This document shows, in pieces, positions 55,213 to 64,000 of a stretch of 64,000 nucleotides of DNA. Position 1 is the first letter of the stretch; each line of letters starts with the position of its first letter. Made by a program: the position numbers and the translations under genes. The notes beneath the pieces were generated by a model. That model was not told the origin of the DNA. It searched no databases and saw nothing but the letters and a program-made list of their open reading frames with translations. This DNA is from Verrucomicrobiota bacterium (GTDB lineage: Bacteria; Verrucomicrobiota; Verrucomicrobiia; Chthoniobacterales; UBA6821), in contig JAIOPL010000023.1 of the NCBI GenBank assembly GCA_021413925.1, positions 13,640-77,639 of the forward strand, in the 5' to 3' direction.

Positions 55213-56052
55213 TTATTTCTTTTTGCGGCGCTGGACGATAAAGGTGTCGCTCTGCTTGTGTTTGTTGCGGGTCTTGAATCCCTTGGAAAGCTGTCCCCAT
55301 GGGCTCATCGGATGATGGCGTCCGCCACCGCCCTTGCTCTTGCCCTGACCGCCACCCATCGGGTGATCGACCGGGTTCATTGCCATACCGCGTGTCTGCG
55401 GGCGGATACCAAGCCAGCGGGAGCGTCCGGCCTTTCCACTGACAACATTCATGTGCTCTATATTGCCGACCTGACCGATGGTGGCGTAGCACTCTTCGTT
55501 GATCCGGCGAAGTTCTCCGGAGGCCATCTTAATGAGTGCATATCCGCCTTCACGGTTGCTCAGAATAGCCTGGGAACCGGCGCTGCGTACGATCTGTCCA
55601 CCCTTGCCTGGAATCAGTTCCACATTGTGGATGGCTAGACCAAGAGGGATAGCCTTGAGAGGAAGGGCATTGCCGACATTAGGCTCGGCATTGACGCCTG
55701 CTGAAACCTTGGCACCCACCACAAGTCCTGCCGGATGGAGGATATAAGCCTTCTCTCCGTCTGGATACTGGATAAGGGCGAGACGGGCTGTACGGTTCGG
55801 ATCGTATTCCACGGCCATCACTTCAGCAATCGCGTCGCGGCGAAGGCGCTTGAAGTCAATGATACGGATCCTGCGCTTGTGACCACCGCCACGATGACGG
55901 GCGGTCTTACGACCGTTGTTATTACGGCCACCAGTGCGCTTCTTGCTCTCGGTAAGTGATTTCTCGGGCTTGCTCTTGGTGATCTCCTCGAAGGAAGGCA
56001 ATGCCATGAAGCGTTGCGAAGGAGTCAGCGGTCGGAAAGTTTTCAGTGCCAT
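55213..56052 (-). CDS. rplB: 50S ribosomal protein L2
   Basis: MALKTF(R)PLTPSQR...[13 protein letters not shown]. Confidence 0.95.
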   Translation of the reverse strand: MALKTFRPLTPSQRFMALPSFEEITKSKPEKSLTESKKRTGGRNNNGRKTARHRGGGHKRRIRIIDFKRLRRDAIAEVMAVEYDPNRTARLALIQYPDGEKAYILHPAGLVVGAKVSAGVNAEPNVGNALPLKAIPLGLAIHNVELIPGKGGQIVRSAGSQAILSNREGGYALIKMASGELRRINEECYATIGQVGNIEHMNVVSGKAGRSRWLGIRPQTRGMAMNPVDHPMGGGQGKSKGGGGRHHPMSPWGQLSKGFKTRNKHKQSDTFIVQRRKKK

Positions 56053-56086
56053 GGTCGTATGGGGTAATGAGGGCTTCGGCTATCGG

Positions 56087-56371
56087 TTACGCGATGTCGA
56101 TCTTCTCGCCTTGGGCAAGAGTGACGACGGCCTTTTTCCAGTGGGCACGGCGGCCAAAATCGGCCTTGCGCTCACGCTTCTTTTTTCCCTCGACCTGAGC
56201 GGTGTTCACCGAGCGGACCTTCTTTTTGAAAAGGGTCTCAATCGCGTGCTTGATCTCGATCTTGTTCGCTGCGGGAGCAACGCGGAAAACGTACTTGTTA
56301 AGCTTCTCGGAAAGAAGGCTGGCCTTCTCCGTCACGAGGATGCTCTTGATGATGTCGTGTGCTTCTTTCAT
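56087..56371 (-). CDS. rplW: 50S ribosomal protein L23
   Basis: From ATG 56371 the sequence is MKEAHDIIKSILVTEKAS...KYVFRVAPAANKIEIKHAIE. The longer ORF overlaps rplD. Confidence 0.9.
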   Translation of the reverse strand: MKEAHDIIKSILVTEKASLLSEKLNKYVFRVAPAANKIEIKHAIETLFKKKVRSVNTAQVEGKKKRERKADFGRRAHWKKAVVTLAQGEKIDIA

Positions 56372-56375
56372 GACG

Positions 56376-57014
56376 TTAGCCTTGGAGGCGGTTTCCAAGT
56401 GCCTCGAGGGCATCCTTGGTGATGATGATCTTGTCGAAAGCGAGAATGTTCTCCGTGTTGACCTCAGCTGCGGTCATTAGCAAGTCTTTGGAGACATTGC
56501 GGCCGGCTAGGAAGGTCATGTCGTTGAAGGAAAGTGCGATAACGAGCGTCCGGCGGACATCGCCAGCAAGTACCTTGACCTGCGTAACAAATGCCTTGGT
56601 CTTTGGCTCCTTCACTTCGAAGGAATCAACCAAGAGAACGTCACCGGAAAGGATGCGGGAGCTAAGGGCCTTGCGGAAGGCGAGCTTCTTGACCGCCTTC
56701 GGGGTCTTCTTTGCGTAGCGATTGACAAAAACTCCTTTTACAAAAAGGGGCTCAGGTCCATGGACAACACCGCCGCCAACCCAGACGGGCGAACTGGCAT
56801 AACCGGCACGAGCTCGGCCGGTGCCCTTTTGCTTCCAAGGCTTCTTGCCGGATAGATTGACGGTAGCCTTGGTCTTGACGGAAGCGGTACCGCTGCGGCG
56901 ATTGGCGCGCATGGCGACGACCACATCGTGGACGGCCTGGGTTCCCTTGCCGTCAGTAATGATATCGATCTGGGCCTGCTTGGCCGCGTCGACTGTGAGG
57001 ATAGTGGCGCTCAT
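56376..57014 (-). CDS. rplD: 50S ribosomal protein L4
   Basis: KPWKQKGTGRARAG... Confidence 0.95.
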   Translation of the reverse strand: MSATILTVDAAKQAQIDIITDGKGTQAVHDVVVAMRANRRSGTASVKTKATVNLSGKKPWKQKGTGRARAGYASSPVWVGGGVVHGPEPLFVKGVFVNRYAKKTPKAVKKLAFRKALSSRILSGDVLLVDSFEVKEPKTKAFVTQVKVLAGDVRRTLVIALSFNDMTFLAGRNVSKDLLMTAAEVNTENILAFDKIIITKDALEALGNRLQG

Positions 57015-57017
57015 GGA

Positions 57018-57668
57018 TTACTCTGCTGCTTTTGAGGATTTCTTCTTCTTGGAGGGGCGAACCACGACGTAGGTTCCCTTGGCACCTGGAATGCATCCAC
57101 TGACAAGAATAACACCATCCGCTTCACGCACCTGGACGATCTCGAGATTCTGCATGGTGACGCGCTCATCACCCATGTGACCGGGCATACCCATGTTCTT
57201 CCAGACACGACCGGGAGTGAGACGGTTACCGATGGCGCCGTTACGGCGGTGCATCATGGAGCCATGGGTCTCGGGCTGGCCTGCGAATCTGAAACGCCTG
57301 ACAACACCCTGAAAGCCTTTGCCCTTGGAGGTGCTGATGACATCCACATACTGGCCATCCTTGAAAGTCGTGACGGGAAGATCGACAGACTCTGGAAGAG
57401 CCTCTCCGTCCTTGACTCGGAACTCGCGGATGAAGCGCTTTGGTGTCGAGGAGGTCTTTGCAAAATGTCCTTTCTGGGCCTTAGGAACGCGCTGTTCCTT
57501 CTGGTCGCCATAACCGACCTGGACGGAGGAATAACCGTCCTTCTCCTTGCTCTTTACTTGGAGGATACGGTTACCACCGGCCTCGATGACCGTGACGGGG
57601 CGGATGCGACCCTTGGTGTCATAGACACGGGTCATGCCGATTTTCTTGCCGAGAACGCCGATGCTCAT
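57018..57668 (-). CDS. rplC: 50S ribosomal protein L3
   Basis: VLGKKIGMTRVYD... Confidence 0.95.
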   Translation of the reverse strand: MSIGVLGKKIGMTRVYDTKGRIRPVTVIEAGGNRILQVKSKEKDGYSSVQVGYGDQKEQRVPKAQKGHFAKTSSTPKRFIREFRVKDGEALPESVDLPVTTFKDGQYVDVISTSKGKGFQGVVRRFRFAGQPETHGSMMHRRNGAIGNRLTPGRVWKNMGMPGHMGDERVTMQNLEIVQVREADGVILVSGCIPGAKGTYVVVRPSKKKKSSKAAE

Positions 57669-57697
57669 TGTACGGATGGTTAAGTTTGGAAAGGGGG

Positions 57698-58009
57698 TCA
57701 GATCTTGATGGTGATGTCGACGCCTGCAGGAAGATTGAGCTTGCGGAGCTCATCGACTGTCTTGGCGGTCGGTTCGAGGATATCGAGAAGGCGCTTGTGT
57801 GTGCGGATCTCGAACTGATCCATCGACTTCTTATCGACGTGTGGAGAGCGGTTCACTGTGAACTTCTCGATTCGGGTCGGAAGTGGGATTGGACCCGTCA
57901 CCTTCGATCCCGTGCGCTTGGCGGTCTCGACAATCTCGAGTGCCGAGATGTCTAGAAGGCGAAAATCGAAGCCTTTGAGTCTGATTCGGATGCGTTGTCC
58001 TGCGGCCAT
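57698..58009 (-). CDS. rpsJ: 30S ribosomal protein S10
   Basis: [16 protein letters not shown]...[20 protein letters not shown]. Confidence 0.95.
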   Translation of the reverse strand: MAAGQRIRIRLKGFDFRLLDISALEIVETAKRTGSKVTGPIPLPTRIEKFTVNRSPHVDKKSMDQFEIRTHKRLLDILEPTAKTVDELRKLNLPAGVDITIKI

Positions 58010-58021
58010 AGTCTTGGTTGG

Positions 58022-60172
<2,151 letters not shown>

Positions 60173-60206
60173 TGCGGTGATTGGATAAAGAACAAAAATA
60201 CTGGGA

Positions 60207-60680
60207 CTACCAGCGGAAGTGAGCGAAGGCGCGGTTGGCCTGGGCCATCTTGTGAAGATCGTCCCGCTTCTTAATAGCGGCACCCTGATTAGCGGCGGCT
60301 TCCTTGAGCTCAGAGGCAAGGGCCTTCGACATTGGGACGCTCTTGCGCTTGCTTGCAAAACCAACGATCCAGCGCATCGCAAGGGCGAGTTGGCGATCAG
60401 CCGGAACTTCCATCGGAACCTGGTAAGTGGCTCCGCCGACGCGGCGGCTCTTCACCTCAAGACGAGGGCGGGCGTTGTCCATGGCCTTCTGGAGAACATC
60501 CAGCGGATCAACCGCCTCGGTTCCATCACGGGTGCTCTCGATTGCTGTGTAAACAATACGTTCCGCAAGGGAGCGTTTGCCTCCGCGCATGACGGTGGTG
60601 ATAAGGCGGGCAACCAGCGGACTGGCATAGCGGAGGTCACGCTTGACCTCTTTAGTGATGACGCGTTTGCGGCGGGACAT
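60207..60680 (-). CDS. rpsG: 30S ribosomal protein S7
   Basis: [12 protein letters not shown]... Confidence 0.95.
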   Translation of the reverse strand: MSRRKRVITKEVKRDLRYASPLVARLITTVMRGGKRSLAERIVYTAIESTRDGTEAVDPLDVLQKAMDNARPRLEVKSRRVGGATYQVPMEVPADRQLALAMRWIVGFASKRKSVPMSKALASELKEAAANQGAAIKKRDDLHKMAQANRAFAHFRW

Positions 60681-60710
60681 GATAAAGAAAAGTTGGAGTG
60701 TTGGTCTGGA

Positions 60711-61118
60711 TTACTTCTTCTTCTTAACGGCCTTGGCCTCTTCACCTGGCTTGGGGCGCTTGGCTCCGTACTTGGAGCGTCCACGACGGCGACCATCAAC
60801 GCCAAGGCAATCAAGACTGCCGCGAACGATATGATACCGGACACCGGGGAGATCCTTCACACGGCCTCCGCGAACGAGCACGATGGAGTGCTCCTGAAGG
60901 TTATGTCCCTCACCGCCGATGTAGGCGATCACTTCCTGGCCGTTGGTGAGGCGAACCTTGGCAACCTTGCGAAGCGCTGAGTTCGGCTTCTTGGGAGTTC
61001 GGGTCATCACCTGCACGCAGACGCCACGACGCTGGGGACAATTCACGAGCGCAGGTGATTTGGATTTCACCTTGACCTGTTCGCGGCCCTTACGGACGAG
61101 TTGGTTGATGGTTGGCAT
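60711..61118 (-). CDS. rpsL: 30S ribosomal protein S12 (with a K-rich C-terminal tail)
   Basis: [13 protein letters not shown]...[11 protein letters not shown]... Confidence 0.95.
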   Translation of the reverse strand: MPTINQLVRKGREQVKVKSKSPALVNCPQRRGVCVQVMTRTPKKPNSALRKVAKVRLTNGQEVIAYIGGEGHNLQEHSIVLVRGGRVKDLPGVRYHIVRGSLDCLGVDGRRRGRSKYGAKRPKPGEEAKAVKKKK

Positions 61119-61494
61119 TGTTAAAAATGAGTGATCCCAATGCTTCTTCGATTGCCGTTCAGCAAAACCATCCCCGTGTTTGTAAAGGAACTGGTCCGCG
61201 TCACCACAGAGTCTTTAGGAACTCCGAAGAAGTCGGGAGGTGGGAAAGTAGGGAAACCACGTGAATCTGCAAGAAGATTTTATCATTTCGTCACAGATAT
61301 TTTCATCGGGAGCGTCGAGCCATAGCAACCGCCCGTTTCACCTGCGAGCTCTTGGTGTAGGATTTCCTTTCCATTTTCGTGCTCCACCTCAGCATTACAA
61401 ACGGCACCCAGAAGGACTCTGACATCACCCTGCCGGTCACTGGAGGCCCATAATATCTAGCTTTATCAGGAATGAATGCTGGCGTCCTGCACTG

Positions 61495-61890
61495 TCATTT
61501 CTCCGGACGATTCGGCCGTAGGCATATTATTTTTGAGAGCGCCGCCCGACGTTCTGCCACCCGCCGGTAGCCCCAGTCGCTGAGAATGCGAAAAACTGTC
61601 ACACGCTGATACATTCTCCACGCCACGTTGCCCGCCAAACTACCGCAGAGCGCCATCATTCTGAAGACAGCCTCGGCACCCCGCCTTATCCGCCCATCCA
61701 CCTCGATCAGGTGAACTGCTCCCATCGGTCGGTCTGGGGGAAACCCATAAGCCTCCCCCTCTCCGTCCTGCACGGCTGAAAACTCCAGACGGCCAATCCC
61801 AGCAATGATCCAACGCCGCATCGAAGCAGTGCAAAAGCCGCATTCCCCATCATAAATCACTAGGGGAAGAGGGCGTGGCGGCATGCTCAT
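61495..61890 (-). CDS. DCC-family thiol-disulfide oxidoreductase (DUF393)
   Basis: LVIYDGECGFCTASMRRW carries the D-x-x-C-x-x-C signature. Confidence 0.8.
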   Translation of the reverse strand: MSMPPRPLPLVIYDGECGFCTASMRRWIIAGIGRLEFSAVQDGEGEAYGFPPDRPMGAVHLIEVDGRIRRGAEAVFRMMALCGSLAGNVAWRMYQRVTVFRILSDWGYRRVAERRAALSKIICLRPNRPEK

Positions 61891-62010
61891 GCAAACATCT
61901 TATCGTGACATGGAGTTCGACGCCAATCATCACGCCAATCCATTCCTCGCGGGTTTTCACTGAGCACTCCTCCGTTGATCTTCATCGGGTCAGACCGATA
62001 TCGTGAACCG

Positions 62011-62703
62011 ATGCGATTTTCATTTTTCAACTTCTTTCTTCTCCTGCTCTTGATGGAAATTATTCCCACACTTGTTCACGCACAAGCGGCTGAGGAGATC
62101 CTTATGGCTGCTCGAATGAGCCCAACGGCAAGACCTGCTTCCCTGCGGGCTCAGATCCGGGGCGAGGAGAAGCCGACACTGTTGCGTATTGGCCTCAAAG
62201 ACCATGTGATCACCTACGAGTTCAAGGAACCGGAACAAATCCTCCTGCTCAAACTCGAACCCGGAAACACCAGACTTCTGGAGAAAAAGAACGGGGTGTC
62301 GCAGACCATCAGCGGCTCCCATCTCAACGATGTCATCAGGGACACCGGTGTCACCTATCAGGATCTCTCCTTGGGATTTCTCTACTGGCCCCGTCCTGTC
62401 CTGCAGGGAGAAGATACCATCAAGACCCGACCAGCATGGAAGATCGATCTTCAGGCACCCCCAGGCGAAGAAGCGTATGGCGTCGCCCGTGTCTGGATCG
62501 ACAAAGATTCCGGCGCCATCCTGCGCATCGAAGGCTATGACAAGAAAGGCCTTCTCCTGCGCCGGTTTGAAATCGTCTCCGCGCAGAAGATCGACGGCCT
62601 CTGGATGCTCAAGCAGATGAGGATCGAGAGTTTCAACCCAGGAAATCCGGATCCCATCTCCCGCCGTTACCTCGAGGTACTCGGGAAAGACTCACAAGGA
62701 TAA
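62011..62703 (+). CDS. LolA-like outer-membrane lipoprotein-sorting/carrier fold protein
   Basis: The signal peptide is MRFSFFNFFLLLLLMEIIPTLVHA. The C-terminal region YGVARVWIDKDSGAILRIEGYDKKGLLLRRFEI...DGLWMLKQMRIE is typical of the LolA_like family. The stop codon lies inside repeat copy 7. Confidence 0.65.
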   Translation: MRFSFFNFFLLLLLMEIIPTLVHAQAAEEILMAARMSPTARPASLRAQIRGEEKPTLLRIGLKDHVITYEFKEPEQILLLKLEPGNTRLLEKKNGVSQTISGSHLNDVIRDTGVTYQDLSLGFLYWPRPVLQGEDTIKTRPAWKIDLQAPPGEEAYGVARVWIDKDSGAILRIEGYDKKGLLLRRFEIVSAQKIDGLWMLKQMRIESFNPGNPDPISRRYLEVLGKDSQG

Positions 62704-62890
62704 AGGGGATGAAGGGGATAAGACTGCAGCAATATTCAGAACTGAGTTTCTAAATGTTTTTCCCAAGATTGCTCCGTCCTATCCCCCTGATGGGCTCTCA
62801 TGAACTCGGATAATGCCTTAGTTTGATGCACGCGATCATGCCACTTAGCAGGATTTCAATCCCATCACTTTCATCCCCTTCATCCCTGTG
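62693..62890. repeat. palindromic repeat, family 1, copy 7 (198 bp, long loop)
   Basis: CACAAGGATAAAGGGGATGAAGGGGATA ... AATCCCATCACTTTCATCCCCTTCATCCCTGTG. Confidence 0.9.
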
Positions 62891-62898
62891 CTTTCTCA

Positions 62899-63801
62899 TT
62901 ACACTTTCTCGGCCGCCGAACTCCCAAAGAGTCCCGAAGGCCTTATCAGCAGAATCACGATCAGGATGCCGAAGGCGATCGCATCCCGGTAAGAGGAGAG
63001 AAAAGAGCCCCCTAGCAAACACTCGCTCAGGCCAAGCAGGAGGCCTCCCACAGCAGCTCCAGGCAGACTTCCAATCCCGCCCAGAACGGCCGCCACAAAG
63101 GCCTTGATGCCTGGCTGCGTTCCCATGAGCGGTTCGATCGAATGAATATTCATGGCGTAGAGTACGCCGGCAGCACCGGCCAAAGCCGAACCCACGGCAA
63201 AGGTCAGAGAGATCACCGCATTGCTGTTCACCCCCATGAGGGCTGCCGCATCACGATTCTGAGAGAGGGCTCTAAGGGCGAGGCCGAAGCGGCTCCGCAG
63301 CACAATCTCACGAAGGGTCACAAGAAGCACCAGCGTCACGGCAATCACCAGTAGATGGTTGCCAGAAATCGTGACCCCCTCCCCCAGCGCAATGCGGATC
63401 GGAGGCAGAAGATCCGGAAACGCCTTCTGATTCACACCGAAGAGAATTTGCCCTCCATAAGAGAGGAGGAGTGATACGCCGATCGAGGTGATCAGCACGG
63501 CCAACTTGGGCTGATTGCGCAGGGGCCGGTAAGCCAAGCGCTCGATGATGACGCCAAGCAGGGCGCAGACGATCATGGCCCAGATGAGCACCGCGGTGGT
63601 GGTCATCCAAGGATGGGGGAAAAGATGACGCGCAACTGGCGTGGCGTAAAATCCAGCAAAGGCCCCGATCATCAGGACATCCCCGTGGGCGAAGTTGATG
63701 AACTTCAGCAAGCCGTAGACCATGCTGTAACCGAGAGCGATCAGAGCGTAGATTGCCCCGAGAGAAAGGCCGTTAATCAACTGCTGGAGAAACTCGTGCA
63801 C
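62899..63801 (-). CDS. livH: branched-chain amino acid ABC transporter permease
   Basis: LINGLSLGAIYALIALGYSMVYGLLKFINFAHGD... Confidence 0.9.
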   Translation of the reverse strand: MHEFLQQLINGLSLGAIYALIALGYSMVYGLLKFINFAHGDVLMIGAFAGFYATPVARHLFPHPWMTTTAVLIWAMIVCALLGVIIERLAYRPLRNQPKLAVLITSIGVSLLLSYGGQILFGVNQKAFPDLLPPIRIALGEGVTISGNHLLVIAVTLVLLVTLREIVLRSRFGLALRALSQNRDAAALMGVNSNAVISLTFAVGSALAGAAGVLYAMNIHSIEPLMGTQPGIKAFVAAVLGGIGSLPGAAVGGLLLGLSECLLGGSFLSSYRDAIAFGILIVILLIRPSGLFGSSAAEKV

Positions 63802-63857
63802 AAAGCCAAGTCTAGGCAGGTTGCCCCAGGGGGGTCACCTCTCAAAAGGAGGAGAGG

Positions 63858-64000
63858 TCAGAATCTTACCGCGGCCTGGGTTCCAAGGACAAAGACATTA
63901 CCCAAGGTGCCGTTCTGCTGGGGATTCATGATGAACTCCGCGAACGGCTTTACCGAGATCCACTTGGTGAGCATGCACTGGTAATCGACTTCTAGCACAC
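63858..64000 (-). CDS. partial CDS (C-terminal 47 aa only), unknown product
   Basis: My translation gives ...VLEVDYQCMLTKWISVKPFAEFIMNPQQNGTLGNVFVLGTQAAVRF*. The frame is open to the window edge. The position upstream of livH would fit a substrate-binding protein, but I do not recognise the sequence. Confidence 0.4.
   Translation of the reverse strand, partial: VLEVDYQCMLTKWISVKPFAEFIMNPQQNGTLGNVFVLGTQAAVRF

Noticed and set aside
60173-60382. The 70-aa N-terminal extension of fusA in the track ORF. Similar extensions occur on the ORFs at 54153-55025, 56087-56413, 41990-42745, 15025-16041, 11157-12302 and 9728-11170.
   Set aside because: Most of the extensions overlap the preceding conserved gene; the 41990-42745 extension also runs through the rpsD terminator. 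All have Arg/Pro/Ser-rich nonsense composition. Internal ATGs give canonical N-termini and sensible intergenic gaps.

Overview
The window is a gene-dense chromosomal segment. It is GC-rich by eye, with a few visibly A/T-richer genes. Gene content and order point to the PVC superphylum, most likely Verrucomicrobiota. The evidence is that rpsL-rpsG-fusA is fused directly to rpsJ with no tuf, the spc operon lacks S14 and L30, there is a small basic ORF, there is a GxxExxY gene, and essentially no Shine-Dalgarno sequences are present. All product names come from motif recognition in the supplied translations, not from a database search.

Layout:
- 1-8.2 kb: pssA/psd, an Fe-S cluster block (DUF1858-rhodanese, IscU-like, SufT-like, and further on NifS), a small basic ORF plus an RluB-type pseudouridine synthase, RidA, and three small secreted or membrane proteins.
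- 8.4-16.7 kb: one tightly packed minus-strand sugar cluster. It contains a DeoR regulator, DhnA/LsrF-type aldolase, Gfo/Idh/MocA oxidoreductase, an unknown protein, D-lyxose-isomerase-like cupin, PfkB kinase, GlcD and GlcF.
- 16.7-25 kb: an AraC remnant, fbaA, a HAD hydrolase, ilvN-ilvC, fbaB, a TPR protein, a serine hydrolase and a GT-C membrane glycosyltransferase.
- 25-37 kb: iscA-hscB-hscA, serS, tilS, a GT1 glycosyltransferase, a GxxExxY gene, proS, an M20 peptidase, an epimerase and alr.
- 37-42.6 kb: tyrS, mgtA and an EIIA(Ntr)-like gene.
- 42.7-61.1 kb: the complete str/S10/spc/alpha ribosomal super-operon on the minus strand.
- 61.5-64 kb: a DCC oxidoreductase, a LolA-like protein, livH and a partial CDS.

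Most interesting signals:
1. A dispersed palindromic repeat has arms with 9-nt periodicity (TCACAGGGATGAAGGGGATGAAGGGGATA / reverse complement). Seven copies are present. One copy carries a GxxExxY (PD-(D/E)xK-like) gene between its arms, which makes it a candidate REP/RAYT-like or IVS-like selfish hairpin system.
2. A 250-aa secreted coiled-coil protein gene is wedged between rpsS and rplV inside the S10 operon.
3. rpsK carries an N-terminal extension of about 80 aa, and many other ribosomal proteins have terminal tails.
4. The pseudouridine synthase's S4 domain has no canonical start codon.
5. The sugar cluster may be a pentose-to-glycolate route.
6. mgtA is paired with a PtsN-like protein.

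I recognised no rRNA, tRNA or CRISPR array.
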